From assembly GCF_009914755.1 (NCBI RefSeq), contig NC_060941.1: DNA of 64,000 bases; one strand, 5' to 3'. The position numbers and the translations under genes were made by a program. Shown here piece after piece: positions 1 to 19,710 of the stretch. Under the pieces are notes generated by a model. It saw only the letters and a program-made list of their open reading frames with translations, was not told where the DNA came from and did not search any database. Source of the DNA: the human T2T-CHM13v2.0 reference genome, Homo sapiens. The stretch's first letter is position 1. Each line of letters begins with the position of its first letter.

Positions 1-1080
1 TGGAACCAATTCTCCATCCACATCTCTATCCGAGAGTTAAGTTTTCTCTTCTCTGGTGCTTGTCAAAAGTATTTCTCCCAGCTAATCTCATTCCCAGTTG
101 CCAAAGAAAAGATCTCAAGCATAACTCCTCATCTCCAGGTCACCCGACAAGGTAAGAAGAGAGATTAAATGAATGTGCCCAAGTTTCTTTCCCTTACAGC
201 CTCCAGATCTCCAGAATATACCTTCTTTAGTTTCCACATCACACTTTCCTACATTTCTTCTTAATTTGATGATGTCTTGAGAGTATCTCAGGAAACTGGT
301 ATGACTACCAAGGGGACAGAGGCTTTTGTAGCGCATCAATACCCCTAAGTCTATCCATCCTTCTCCAGAAACACAGTGGGCACATCTTTGCACCCTGTGG
401 AATCAATGTTAGTGCTGAAATCAGAGTAGACTTGGCTTTGTACTTTTGTCTGGGTAGTTGGCTTAAGTGCCGTGACTGTATTGAGTGACACTTCTCCATC
501 AGAATTCTTATTCTTTTGGAAGCCTAGACTATTTCTTCATTTGACCACACTGTGCAGGGTTTTAGTGCTAAAGGGTTCCGGATGTAGCTGCTCTTGTGGA
601 GAACCTTATCACAGCTTTCTTTTCCCTAAGTTATTTGTGGTAAAGTCCTGGCAGTTTGTTTAGATGTTCAGTGAGTGACACCTAATTGAAGAAGTGGCTG
701 GGGCTGGACTTCAAGGTGGATGGTTTTCTTACCAAGTACTATGAAGAGATTTGCTCCTAGACTTTAGAGATGGGAAATGCTGCTCTCTTTTCCCCTGAAA
801 ATTGAGTCTCGTCAAACTGACAAGTTATTTTCTGAAACTCCGAGTCATAATTGTACCATATTTATTTTCTGATTTTTTTTAACCTTTCAGTTAATAAATG
901 TTTTCCAGCCTCCATCAGCCTCTACTGGTAATCAGGAGAAATGGGCCAATGGCTTTATGTAACTGAGGTTTCTGTTTTAACATGAAAGTACTATATTTAC
1001 CTTCAAAATGACCCTCACTTAGATCAGACTACCTGGGGTTGTCAAGCCTTCCATCTTCAAGCCAAGAGGTAGTTTGGTTT

Positions 1081-1449
<369 letters not shown>

Positions 1450-1972
1450 TAGGTGTCTTTGTCCATGGAGTGCTATGTGTCCAGGGTTGTTGCCCACTTC
1501 CTGCCTTTGAAACCAGTGAATTGTGTCACCAGAGAGCCTTGGATACAGAGATAAACTGGAGACAGAGTAACACAAAAATAATCATTTCAAAAGAAACCTG
1601 AGGCTTTCAGGGTTGTTGGTATGCCATGGCACAAGGACCCAAAGTGATCTTCTCAGGCCTCAACCCCAGCCCATGCAGATGGTATTTGAGCCACTTACAA
1701 GAAAAGGTGAACCTTAGTACTGCATATAAATAAGTCTCTGAGTAATTCCTTGGAGGTGAACCTAGGTTCTCTTTGAGGTATTTTCTCTACCAAAATCAAG
1801 ATTTTTGGATTTAAAAAAAAATTTACATTATGCTTTTTATTTACACAGCATTTCCGCTCACATGATTTCCATTTAGATCTCAATCTTTGCGATCGGTGTT
1901 GTCATGTCCATTTTGCTGATAAGGCTTAGGGAAAGAAACTCTAAAATCACATTGCTAATAAAGGGCAGAACT

Positions 1973-2306
<334 letters not shown>

Positions 2307-2859
2307 TCAGTCGTTTCTTCAAGAATACTTTTACCAAGCCACCTTCCTTTGAATGGAATACTTTAGCGGTCCCAAGAAAGTCTTCCTTTATATCAAAATA
2401 GCAAATATTTTGGTCATGTTAAAATACTTTTCTTCTCAAGAACTTTGATGTGCTGCATCTTCAAATAATAGAAATCTTAATTCATTATTGTCTTGTTTAA
2501 GGTAACATTATGTAGAGGGAGGAACACGGAATTTGGGATCAATCAAATAATTCAAAATATGATTCTTCTCTGTGATAAATGTGTGACTTACACTTAGCTT
2601 GTTTCTTCATCTAGACAAATGTGAATGGTAAACCAGCTCAAAGGGGTCTTGCAAGTATTAAATGCAGTGACACAAACACAGTGCTTAATAGTAGTAGGAA
2701 TCCATAAACAGACATTTCCCTTCCCATTTTCACTCTGGTTCAAACTGATCTTTTCTTTCTTACCTCCCACTTCTTTCTTAGATCAATTCTTTGCTCATGG
2801 GAAATGTAATTGTTAATCCTCTCTTGAGCATAGATTTTCTCTTCCCACCTTATTATTTT

Positions 2860-3200
2860 TGTGCACACTGTTCCTTCCTCTGAAGAGCCCTGCTCTTCTC
2901 AGTGTCCTTCATACACTCCTGGTTAACCACCTACAGGATTTCTACTCACCTTTCAAGGTTTAGAGAAAATAGCGCTCTTCCTTGCAACCTTTCTGATTAT
3001 TCCAGTCAAAAATTGTCTTCTTTTCTCTGAATATCTTTGTCTTTAATAGTCATTGCCCTCTTATGGGACTTACCATGTTTCGCCTGATGTTGTCTTTAAG
3101 TATGTAACTTTATTTTCTTTCCTATCAGACTTTAAATTCATTGTGGAAAGGGGTTGTTACTTCGTGCCTTTAGATATCCACCATAATGTGTAGCGTAGTT
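2860..3200 (+). mobile_element. L2 3' remnant
   Basis: Diverged L2-like motifs (ctgttccttcctctg..., tcagactttaaattc...). Confidence 0.45.
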
Positions 3201-3205
3201 CCTAG

Positions 3206-3437
3206 GAGGCTGCATGGTATGATCAAAAGAACACAGGTTTTTAGAGGCAGGTTTATCTAGGTTTGAGTTGTGGGTCTGCCACTTCTTCACTAGCTGTTGA
3301 CCTTAGAAAAGTTGCTTCACCCTCTGAGCCTCTGTAAAATGTGAATAATCATACCTACTTCATGGTATCGTTGTGTGGATTAAATGAAATTGCATGTAAA
3401 GTGCCTGGCACAAAACAGGCGCTTAATAAATGTTAGA
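3206..3437 (+). mobile_element. MIR
   Basis: MIR core ctgccact...tgacctt...ctctgagcctctgtaaaatg...ggattaaatga...gtgcctggcaca. Confidence 0.85.
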
Positions 3438-4744
3438 CTGTTCCCCTTGATCATAATACAACATTGATTAAGTAAGTAGACTGATGTTCACTCCTTATTG
3501 CATGATTTTCTAAAGTGGAGAATTTTGGATAATAAATTTTAGTAGACTCATTTGATATAACAGGGACTGGTATACACCCTCTGTAGTTGATTTGGGAAGC
3601 CAGGCATCACTCTGTGGAAGAACCACAGAACACTAGCTAAATATTGACAACTGACTATGCCGTCTTATTCCAGCATATGGATTTGTATTCGTAATTCCCC
3701 AAGATAAGATTTTACCGTCCCTCTTAATTTTATTAATCCATTCTAAACTGACAGATGTTGCAGTGAGCTTTGAGCTCTTGGGGATTCTTGTTTTGTTTCT
3801 GATTAAAAGATGAGTTTCCTTCTTAAACCCAAGGGTCTAAGTATCAGTGCCCTTCTCTCCTAAACATCTTGCTTAAATGCCAGAAGTAAACTTGTTATTC
3901 TCTATTGGATGCTAAAGAAGCTTTTCACTGTCTAAGCCCCTTCTAAACATGTTTCCTTCTAGGAGGCAGAAGAGTGGGAATTGTTTAGCATAGTACCTGG
4001 TACTTGGTAGCTGCTTAGTAAACAGTAGTTAGTATCATCATTACTTGTATTTACATTTTTATTTTGAAAGAGCATGGGGAGTGTAAGCAGAGCTCACAGA
4101 ACTAATCTGTGTTGATCTGTCTTCTTCTTGAGGGCACACAGAATTTGAGAACACTGAAATTCAGCCAGATAGTGACCCAGGGTTATGGTCAGGGTTCCAG
4201 TATGGTTTGTGCTTTTGTTCCTTCTTGGAGTCCAGCTCTGACTTTAATAGCACAGTAACTGCCAGTTCCTGTCCATAGGGGTTGAGAACATCGTTGGATG
4301 ATATGTTTAATGCTGCAGATGCTGAGGTTGTCTAAGTCGTGGTCTCTTCTTAGGTTACTGGCTGGTATGTGAACTGCTACTCCAGAAAGCAAGTTGGTCA
4401 ACAGAAGAATTTTAATGAAGCCATTTAAGTGTTCCAGCCATTGGAGCTGGTTCTCTTTGTTGTTCTTTTTTTCCCCTTCCATCAACCTACTTTCAAGAAG
4501 AGGCTCATGTTCTGGTTCCAGGGCACCAGCCTTAGAGTGGGCAGTCGTTCATTACTGGCCTAGGACAATCATATTGGAGATCTCCCTGGACATCAGACAC
4601 TTGCTATCATTTCTGTTCTCTTGTTGGCTGATCCTCCTAGTGCTTTTAGGGGCACCTGAGGTCACTTTTTGCCATAAGGCATGTCACTCTGTGGCATCTT
4701 ACTGAATAGGATATGCTTTTTATTACTTTGGACTGACCTAGTGA

Positions 4745-4975
4745 TAATAATACTAATAGCCACTATTTATTGAATTGCTGTGTGAGGTAGGCGTTGTACA
4801 GGCTGCCTAACATAGTTTTTTATTAATCCTCACAACAGTCCTTTAAGGTAGGCATTAAGGTAGGTATTCTTATGCCCATGTTACAGATAAGTACTGGATA
4901 AGTTAAATAACTTGCCGAAGGTTTAAACAGCTACTAAATGCCGAAGTCAAGACTTAACTTCAAAGCCCTGTTTCC
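4745..4975 (-). mobile_element. MIR
   Basis: ttaatcctcacaac...cccatgttacagata...gttaaataacttgcc. Confidence 0.8.
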
Positions 4976-7216
4976 ACTTTATTTACAGAAAGCTCAAAAT
5001 GCCCCTGAAACTCTGAAATCACTGTGGTATTTCACACTAACTTACCAGAAATTCCCAGGACATTAATTCAGGGATCTGAGTTTAGTGTGTAGAGCATTAC
5101 CCAATATGAAAACAGTGGAGTTCCACAGTTTTATGAGAAAACCCAGAGAAACCCATAGTACGTTAGACAAATTGGAATTGAAACGCTTAAGTAAAAAAAT
5201 ATTCATTTTAAGGTCATCTGTTTATACTGACACAAGGTCTATAGAAAATGAGAGAGTTGGCATCATGTTTCTGAAATATGCAATTTTACAATGGGAACGT
5301 GTTATAAAATGCCCTGCCACTGTTGTTTTCCTTGGGATTTAGAGTGAGAGACATGAAGGCTGACAACTCTCTTCCTGTTGTAGGTCAGAGCTTCAAGGAA
5401 CTCTGTAATCTTCCCACCAGCTTTATTCTCTCCTGAAACTCACGGGTAAAATTAGATGCTGGCTGGACGTCAGTAGTTGAGTTTGAAAGCTTTCAGAGGC
5501 CAAGTCAGACAACTGCAGCAGACTGCTTTCTCACAGTACCAGTTTGAGAGACACTTTGTACCGACTAACATAGTTTAGTAAACCGATGAGTGTCTGGCAA
5601 TTTTGCCGTAAAACGCCATTAATAACAACGCCTATAGGAGCAGAAGAAAATGATCTTTGTGTGGTTAATCTTGGAAACAGGATCAGGCTTTATCTTCCTT
5701 TTACCAATATGCTGCCTTTACCTCTTGATGTTGCTCTACTCTAGTGTACTGTTACAGTTGAAAAGCAACAACTCTAGATGAGGATTTAGTTGGAACTATT
5801 TTATTATATGCATTATAATTGACTCTAGGAGGCAGACATGGTGAAAAGGGTGTGGGAAGAAATTATTTAAAGGGTGAATGCTCTCCCAAACTATCGTCAA
5901 ACGCATTTATCTAATTTGACACATTTTGCCTGGAAGTCATAGAAGAAGACTGAGGTGCCCCCATCAGAATATAAAGAGTCAGAAACTTAAAACCAGACTA
6001 AAAAGGGCCAACCCATTAGGGAAGTACCTCCCTGGGGAGCGGGTGGGCAGGGAAAGAAGGTTTGATGGCAGTTATTAAACACTGATTCAAGAATATGTTT
6101 AGAGGAGCTGCGACCCAGGGAAATCCTGCCTCCCAGTCTTAGCTGGGCGAGGGACAGTTAAGTAAAAAGAGTTCTGCTTATTCTCTGCTGCAGGATGCTA
6201 CCCCCTGACCCTTTATAAGTCAGCCTTGCTTGATTACTCCTTTTAATTCAAGGCTCAAAACAGCTTGTAAAGTTTTTTTTATCATTCCTTTCCAGATTGT
6301 GTGGGCCACACTGTAGCATTTTGTCCACATCTGTTTTCCAACCTCATTACTCTTCTGTTATTACATTCATTAGAAAAAAGAGCTGTTTATTTCTTTTCCG
6401 CATGTTTTCCCCCTAGTTTCAAAAGCTAAAATGGTAAATCATGTGGTGTTTGATGTGACCATCTCCACGATTTCTAGTGTACAAATTGATGGTTGCATAT
6501 ACAGGAATTGGTTGAACCTTATTGTTTAAATTAGCTATACCCCAGCCAAAGCTCACAACTCATATGAGGCTGTTTCACTGTAGACTGAGATTGTCAAGAC
6601 TTCTCATTTCTGTATCAGAATGGTTATATCATTCCCTCCAGGGCGCATAGCAATAACGTGAATTTTTTTGTCTAGTATGACTCCTGCGCACTTTAATTTG
6701 AATATAATTATTTAAAGACACATGGAAGCTGGGGGCAGAGCTTTAGAATTTAGGATGGTTTTCCTAGTGAAGAGAAAGCTAAGAGAGATGAGACAAGGAT
6801 GTCCACGAATACCGTTTCTATTCAGTGTTATACTAGAAGTACTACCCAGAGCAATGAAATAAGAACAACAGATTAGAGGAATAAGAATTGGAAGAAAATA
6901 GGACACAGCTGACCTTATTTGCAGATTATATTATTTGCTTCAAAGACAATCCAGAAGAATGAACAAACTGTTAGAATTAATAAAATAATTCAGCAACATT
7001 GCTGGATACAGAACTTGAGGATGTTCTTTCATGATGGTAATAACCAATTAGAAAAAAAAAAGATCCTATTTGCAATAATAATCAAAAGCACAAAGAAGCT
7101 AGGAATAATCCTTAGAAAACATATGCAAAACCTTTACAGGAAATGTATAAGGCAAAGTTGAAGGAATGAGAGAAGACCCACATAAATGGACATAACATAT
7201 TCATAGATAGGGAGAC

Positions 7217-7513
7217 TTTTTTTTTTTTTTGAGATATAATTCTCACTCTTTCGCCCAGGCTGTAGTGTAGTGGCACGATCTCCACTCACCACAACCTCCG
7301 CCTCCTGGATTCAAGCGATTCTCCTGCTTCAGCCTCCCGAGTAGCTGGGATTACAGGCACGCACCACTGCGCCCAGCTAATTTTTGTATTGTTAGTAGAG
7401 GTGAGGTTTCGCCATGTTGACCAGGCTGGTCTTGAACTCCTGACCTCAGGTGATCCACCCGCCTCGGCCTCCCAAAGTGTTGGGATTACAGGCGTGAGCC
7501 ACCTTGCCCGGCC
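7217..7513 (-). mobile_element. AluS
   Basis: Full Alu reverse complement; ggagactt flanks both sides. Confidence 0.95.
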
Positions 7514-7524
7514 AGGAGACTTAA

Positions 7525-7824
<300 letters not shown>

Positions 7825-7924
7825 CAGGAGACTTAATATTTAAAGGCTGTCAATTATCCCCAAGTTAATCTAGAAATTAAATGAAATTCAGATGAACATC
7901 CTAAGAAGTTTTGAATTACTCAAA

Positions 7925-8415
7925 GTCTTAGCAGGAAACCAATGGCACACACAGAAGTGTTCACCGAGGGGAGTCAATGAAGGACCTGTTTACAAAGGTG
8001 TGGACAAAGCTTAAGGAAACCAAGAAACCAACAGGGGAAGGTGAGGCACCCTAAGCTAGCAAAAGCAAAGAAGCACTGTTAGCACCCCTGGGCCTGAAGC
8101 TGCAAGCAGATGGAACCGTTATCAGAACCCAGACAGAGCTCTAGCTTTAGCTGTAGAGAGGCCCACCTGGCAGGCCTTCGGTAGAGGAACAGCTGCTACT
8201 AACCTGGACATAGGGGTGAGAGAGCCAAGGAGAGAAATACCTTGACCTGTTCCTCCTTTTGCCCTTCATTCTCTTTCCATTGACTCTCATTAGCTGAATA
8301 TAAGAAGGAGAGACCCAGTCGATGCTGCCCGTGCAGAGGTCAGCCTCATGGGACACAGAACAAGGTGAAGAGTGGAAAGTGTTTCTGAAGGAGCAATCAG
8401 AGAATATCCAGTGCA
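7925..8415 (-). mobile_element. ERVL LTR, LTR33-like
   Basis: Reverse complement begins tgcactggatattctc...ccactcttcaccttgttctgtgtcccatgaggctgacctctg, resembling the LTR33 5' end as I recall it. Confidence 0.65.
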
Positions 8416-9241
8416 GGTGTTTTTCATAGTATTTTTCAAGGTGATCTTGAACTTCATGTGGAAGATCGGAGGATTAAAACCAGCAAGGAAAGTTTTTGAA
8501 GCAACAGACCTATTATGACTTTTATTTAAAATCTCAATTTCTTTCCTGCCAGATATTAACATGTATTATAAAGCTGTAATAATTAAAGCAGAATGGTATT
8601 GTTTCAGAGAAAGACAGACAGTGGAACATAATGTACATATATGTAGAAACTTGATATATTACAAACCAGTGCTGAAAGATGGACTGTTCAGTAAATTGTG
8701 CTGCGACAAATGATTATCCACATAGGAAAAACTTAGGATTTCATTTTAGGGTAGCAAAAATAAAAAATTCTGACCATGCATGTTGGCAAGGGTTGGATAC
8801 TCATACACTGTTGGTAGAAGTATAAATCGACATAATCCTATCAGCGGGTAATTTACAATGTCTAGTAAAGTTATGTGGATTCTAGAGCCAGACTATTCCC
8901 TGTCTGTAAAATGGGGTTAACAAGTGATCCTCAGAAGATTATTGTGAAGATTAAATGAGTTTATATATATATAAAATTATATAGATATAATTCTTGGAAC
9001 AATGGTTACTACAAAATAAGCTCTATTTAAATGTGTCATTATTATTGTTATTTCTAGATCTTGCAGTTCTACTTCTAAGTATGTAATCCAGAGAAAATTC
9101 TGACTTGTGTATAAAAGAAGACTCATTCAATAATGTTTATTTCAAATGAACAAAAAAGCAGCTGAAAAAAATCATGATATATTCATTGTATAGCAGTAAG
9201 AATGAATGAAGTAAACCTGTATGTAGTAACATAGGTAAGTC

Positions 9242-9547
<306 letters not shown>

Positions 9548-9964
9548 TAAGCCTTAAAAACATATTGAGAGTGAAATAAAACCAGATTGCAGAGGAATAT
9601 GAATAATCTGATATTGAGGAGGCAGGAGACATGAGAATGGGAAATGGCACAGAGAGATTTCAGCCCTATCTCTAATATCTCATACCTTTCAAACATTTTC
9701 TAAAATCTGAGCCAAAAAGAGAGCTAAGCCATTAATTATGGTCAGGTTTTAGAAATATAAAAGGGATATTAGAAGTATGATAGAGAGAAATTGCTCTACA
9801 GAGAAATTGCCCTGTGTGGTCTTTGGAGGCAGACAGCCCTGTATTCAATTCCACTGTTTATTTTTATTAGCTGTGTAATCTTATATAAATTATTTAACAT
9901 TAGTTACCTCACCGGGTTAGTTTGACAATTACATGGAGTACTATATATAAGAAAGCACAATACC

Positions 9965-10336
<372 letters not shown>

Positions 10337-11813
10337 TCAACATCTCCCTTGGAAAATACTCTAGACCAAATTTCTGCTTCTGTGGGCCTGGTTTCTACAA
10401 TCTTGTTTGGCTACAATTCATGTTGACTTTACGTAAGGATTGCCAATTCATGCCCAAACTTAGTGAAGCAAGCTCACTTGATAAAGAAATGAATTTCAGG
10501 ATTTAACTATGTAACACCATCATTCTTTTTTCCCCCCCCATCAAGTAGTATATCTGCCAGGGTTTGTGTGTGTCATACTGTCCTGGACTCTGTATAGCAA
10601 AGATTTAATGACCATGGACCTTACCTTTGTTCTAAAAAAAAAATCTTTGACTCCACCATTTTTATAATAAACACTTGCAAACTCACACCTTCTCTTGCTA
10701 ACTGAGCAGGAGAATAGTTGCTTGTTTCTTTCTCTATATAAAAGACAAATGTCTTTATCTTGTGGAAAATCCAGTGTCACCTTTCATAGATACTAAAATA
10801 TTTCCTTTCTTCATTTCTAATGAGACTTCCTGTTTGGTTATTGTTTTTATAAAGATATGAAATCCATATGAAAGCTCTTGTGGTCAGGGTCAGTTATTCC
10901 AAGGGGGAAGCCTGTCCTCACGTTCATTAAAATGATATCTCTTCTAGGCATACCTCTTTTGATCATTAACGAGCAACTGAATACTTTTCTTATGAATACT
11001 TCTGTAACAACCAAATTAGCAAATATAGCCTTGTGCTTCAGGATTTGATCTTATTTTTACCTTAGTACTTGGGAGTTTAGAGTAAAACATGCAATGCTAA
11101 GAAGAGACTGTGCAATAGGTAAAGGAGACAAATGGCTTAAAGAGAAAGAGACACACACCATCCACACACATGATCATTAGTGGACAGAGAAAACGGCCAG
11201 TATGTGGAAATTAAAAGGACGATCTTTCTTGTATGCTTCTCACAAGAAAATTCATCCTGAGCAATTTCATTTCAGGCAAGGCTTGGGAAAGGGGAATTAG
11301 TTTCCAAAGAAACCTATGAGAAGCACCTTGGGCCTGAATGATTTAACACTGAACTAAGACTTGGTATCTGAGAAGCTGTATCTAAGAGTGGAGAGATGAA
11401 ATAAGAGGCTTAGGAAAATTTTCCTGCCTAGTGTCCTCAGGGTTTACCAAGCTGACCTTACATGTAGGTACTGTTTTCCAAAACTGACATATTTAGGAAA
11501 TCTTTAAAAATATCTAATTGCCACAATTAGTATGACTCACAGCCCTTTGCACCTTCTGTTGTTATGGAGTCCATCCCATTTCGTGTTAGAAATTTTCTGT
11601 AATGTAAGCCTATTTAGTCTATTTTCTCCCACTTTGTAAACACCCTTTTTCCATAGTTGCAAATGTCTCCACCATTATTTGTTTCAATTTGTAAATTTCA
11701 GAAAGGCTAGAATAAACAGTGTCCTCACACACGCACATTCATCCATTGCCAGACATGCACTATCTCTGGCCAGAGATATAGTCAAAAGGGTACCCTCCAT
11801 ACTTTCTTTATAG

Positions 11814-12190
<377 letters not shown>

Positions 12191-12246
12191 GGAAAGTTAA
12201 TTTTTAAATTGCCACAGTGGTTGGTAAATTAAAAGATATTAAGTCA

Positions 12247-12776
<530 letters not shown>

Positions 12777-13405
12777 TCACCCCTCCCCGAGAAAACTGGG
12801 TCACATATCTCTTGAATATTTAATGTAATGTCCTACATTTGGTGCCTAGAGGGAAACTGTTACTCACTTGTAGATGTCACTCAGGCCACAGACAGACTGT
12901 CATTCACTGAAGACACAGTATCCTTAGTCACATTTGATCTTGGGGACTCTGCATCTCTGCTTCTTCCACCTTTGTCTGTTTTGCATTTGTCATTTATTCA
13001 TTCAGTATTTTCTATTAGCTAAGGATTGATTGCTTGACTACTCAGACTTGCAAATTAATAAGACATAGACTCTGTGTTTAATGTATATTCCTCAATCTAG
13101 TTGGGAAAGTAGAATTTTACAGTCAATGATAGTGTTTCTGCCTGTCTATCCCTCTCTTTTTGAATCACTACCACCGACCCCCACCACTACCACAATTTTT
13201 TCATTTTCTTTTGCTTTCTATTTGCCAGATTCAAATTATTTTTTAAATTGTCATATAAAAGAAAATATAACATTATCATCTTAAGTGTCCACTACAGTAA
13301 TACGTATGTATATTATGGTACAACAGCTCACTAGAATTTTTCATCATACAAAACTGAAACTCTATACCCATTAAACAATTCCCATCCCCACCAGTAATTG
13401 TCTTT

Positions 13406-13690
13406 CTGGGTTTTTTTTGTTTTTTTTGTTTTTTGAGACACAGCCTCATTCTGTCGCCCAGGCTGGAGTACAATCTCGGCTCCTGGGTTCATGCAATTCT
13501 CATGCCTCAGCCTCTTGAATACCTGAGATTACAGGCATGCACCACCAAACCCAGCTAATTTTTGTATTTTGAGTAGAGCTGGAGTTTCACCATTTTGGCC
13601 AGGCCAGTTTCAAACTCCTGACCTCAGATGATCTGCCCACCTCAGCCTCCCAAAGTGCTGGGATTACAGGCGTGAGCCACCACATCCAGC
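13406..13690 (-). mobile_element. AluS (with internal deletions)
   Basis: TSD cagtaattgtcttt. Confidence 0.9.
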
Positions 13691-13933
13691 CAGTAATTGT
13701 CTTTTTATGATTTGCTTATTTCACCTAGCATGATGTCCTCAAGAGTCATCCATGTTGTAGCATATGGCAGGATTTCCTTTTTTTTTAAGGCTGAATAATA
13801 TTCCCCTGTATATATATGTATATACCCCATTTTCTTTATCCATTTATCCATCAGTGGACATTTAGGTTGCCTCCATCTCTTTGACTATTGTGACTAATGC
13901 TGCAGTGAACACAGGTGTGCAAACATCTCTTAG

Positions 13934-14267
<334 letters not shown>

Positions 14268-14622
14268 TGAATATATATCAAGAAGTGGGATTGCTGGATT
14301 GTATATGGTAATTCTATTTTTAATGTTTTGAGGCGTCTCCATGCTGTTTTCCATAGTGACTACACCATTTACATTCCCACCAACAATGCACAAGGGTTCC
14401 AATTTCTCCACATCCTTACCAGCACTTGTTACTCTCTGTTACATTTGTTTGTCTGTTTGTTTGTTTTGATAGTGGCCAACTTAATGGGTGTGAGGTGATC
14501 TACCATTGTGATTCTGATTTGCATTTCTCTGATGATAGTAATGTTCTGCTAGCAACTTTTCATACAACTTGTTGGCCATTTGCAGTTATTCTTGGATTAA
14601 TGTCTATTCAATTCCTTTGGCC

Positions 14623-14938
14623 TTTTTCTTTCTTTCTTTTTTTTTTTTTTTAATTAAGACAAGGTCTTGCTCTGTTGCCCAGGCTGGAGTGCAGTGGCAT
14701 GACCTTGGCTTACTGCAACCTCCGCCTCCCGGGTTCAAACGATTCTTGTGCCTCAGTCCCCTAGGTAGCTGAGATTACAGGCACGTGCCACCACGCCTGG
14801 CTAAATTTTTGTATTTTTGGTAGAGACGGGTTTTTGCCATTTTTTCCAGGCTGGTCTCAAACTCCTTGCCTCATGTGATCCACCCACCTCAGCCTCCCAA
14901 AGTGCTGGGATTACAGGAGTGAGCCACCAGGCATGGCC
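14623..14938 (-). mobile_element. AluS
   Basis: Full Alu reverse complement. Confidence 0.95.
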
Positions 14939-14946
14939 TTCTGCCA

Positions 14947-15374
<428 letters not shown>

Positions 15375-15564
15375 TAGGCTGCCTTTTCACACTGTTGTCT
15401 CCTTTGCGACACAGTTTTTAAATTTGATGTCGTCCTATTTGTCTACTTTTGCTTTCATTGCCTGCGCTTTTGTTATCATATGTTACAAATCATTGCTAAA
15501 TCCAAATGTAATGAAACTTCTCCCCTATGTTTTCTTCAGGTAGTTTTATAGTTTCAGGTTTATA

Positions 15565-16604
<1,040 letters not shown>

Positions 16605-16655
16605 CCAACTTTATTCTTTCACATGTAGTTAACCAGTTTTCCTAGAACCATTTGG

Positions 16656-16956
16656 GGTTTTTGTTTTGTTTTGTTTGAACAAGGTCTCTCTCTGTTGCCC
16701 AGACAGGAGTGCAATGGTGCAATCATACCTCACTGCAGCCTCACACTCCTGAGCCCAAGCAGTCCTTCTGCCGCAGCTTCTCAAGTTGCTGGGACTACAG
16801 GCACACACCACCATGCCCAGCTATTTTTTTTATTTTTTGTAGAGATGATGTATCGTTCTGTTGCCCAGGCTGGTCTTGAACTCCTGGCCTCAAGCAGTCC
16901 TCCCACCTGGGCCTCCAAAAGTGCTGGAATTAGAGATGTAAGCCATCATGCCTGGC
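16656..16956 (-). mobile_element. AluJ
   Basis: cactgcagcctc...caagcagtcct (J-type diagnostics). Confidence 0.9.
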
Positions 16957-17197
16957 TACCATTAATTGAAGAGACTGTCATCAAATTACGTTTTAAAGAA
17001 AAGACTGAAATATATTCCTTCTATAGAAAAGCACTTCAAACATATTGTATACAGAAGCAATCAATGAGTATGCAGCCAAAATATAAGAAAATAAGAATGT
17101 TAGAATCTTTTTGGGTGCTTAATGAAAAATACTAGGTTGTTTTTTAGGATTTGGTGATATTTATGGTGTTTGTGAGTGTTTAAAAACATGTAATTTT

Positions 17198-17519
<322 letters not shown>

Positions 17520-17879
17520 CAATTTTGATCATCTCTCCTCATTCTAAGTAAAAATTACTTTCATATATAAGTCGTAGTGTGTAAGTTTCAGGCTATCCAT
17601 AACTAGATCTACTCCTGTTCAGATACATTACATTTTGTATCAATTTTGCCTTTTTATCTCTTGATATCTGCCCCAATCTAGATGTGTTGACCTTCATACC
17701 TGAAACAGCATCGTCTGTGGTCTCTCTTCACTGTCACGCTGGGGAGTCCCTTTGGCTCACTTCTGCATTAGATCTCCTATGCCCTCCTGTATCCCCTGTG
17801 TTCTTTCTTGGCTTACTTCCTTGCCTTGGTAATTCCTTTATGTAGATCTGAGTTTCAATTTTCCTTCACCCAGATTTCT

Positions 17880-18780
17880 GTTAACATTTCTTGAAATACC
17901 AGTATGCTAGCTAGAATTCTCTTAGCTTTTGTCTAAAAATGTCTGTTTTGCCTTTATTTTATTTTTTTTTTTTTCTGAGACATGGTCTCACTTTGTCACC
18001 CAGGTTGGAGTGCAGTGGCATGATCATGGCTCACTGGCAGCCTCAACCTCCCGAGCTCAAGCGATCCTCCCACCTCAGTCCCCCAAGTAGCTGGGACTAC
18101 AGGCGCGCACCACCACCCCTGGCTAATTTTTTGTATTTTTTGTAGAGATGGGGTTTTGCCATGTTGCCCAGACTGACTACCTTTATTTTAAGGGATATTT
18201 TGCTGAATATAATGCTGCATTTAAAAAATACCATTTTTTAAAAAGCCAGATGTCATTCTGGCTTGTGTGGATTCTGACAAGAAGTTAGCAGTTATTCTTT
18301 GTTCTGTATGTCATATGTCTTTTACCTCTGGCTACTTTTAAGATTTGTTTATCTGTTTCTCACCATTTTGATGATGATGTGCTCTGGATTGCTTTTATTT
18401 ATGTATATCCTATTTTATAGTTTGTTGAGTTTCTTGGTTCTATGAGTTTATCATTTTTATCAAATTTGAAAATTTCCTGGTTATTTTTTTCAAAAATTTT
18501 TAATGCCTGACCCTCCCTCTAAGACTCCGGTTTCATGTATCAGACCACTAATATTGTCGCATGGGTCACTGTGGCTCTGTTCTTTTTTTTTTTTCTTAGA
18601 AGTTTTCTTTTTCTCTGTACTACAGTTTAGTTTCTATTGCTGTATCTTCAAGTGTATAGGTCTCTGTAGTGTTTAATCTTTTGTCAAGTCAATTTAGTGA
18701 ATTTTTTATTTTTAGAAGTTATGTTTGGTTCTTTTTATATATCTCCCGTTTCCTATCTTCATTCTTTTTTTTTTCCCCCA
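17880..18780 (-). mobile_element. Old L1M remnant containing a truncated AluJ (17955-18172)
   Basis: ctgacaagaagttagcag...cattttgatgatgatgtgc...tcaaatttgaaaatttc. Confidence 0.6.
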
Positions 18781-18789
18781 CTGGCTTAA

Positions 18790-19461
<672 letters not shown>

Positions 19462-19710
19462 TGAACTTCCTTATATTAAAAACCTACAGCCAACACCAGA
19501 CATAATGAAGACTGAAAGCTTTCTCCTAAGATCAGGAACACAGCAAGGGATGTCCACTCTCACCACTGCTATTCACCCAAGTACAGGAGGTTCTAGCTAG
19601 TGCACTAAGGAAAAATAAACCAAAAGCATCTCAATTGGAAGGGAAGAAGTAAGACTGTTTCTATTGCTAGGAAACATAATTGTCTGTGTAGAAAAACCTA
19701 TGAAATCTAA

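Noticed and set aside
130-160. Possible microexon ctccag|gtcacccgacaag|gtaaga
   Set aside because: 13 nt, frame-shifting and unsupported; isolated splice-like motifs are expected by chance
6780-7200. Reverse-transcriptase-like coding remnant
   Set aside because: Degenerate L1 ORF2 with stops and frameshifts; not a novel RT system
16671-17135. 154-aa ORF and the many similar ORFs containing LSPRLECSG or [11 protein letters not shown]
   Set aside because: Translations of Alu sequence, not genes
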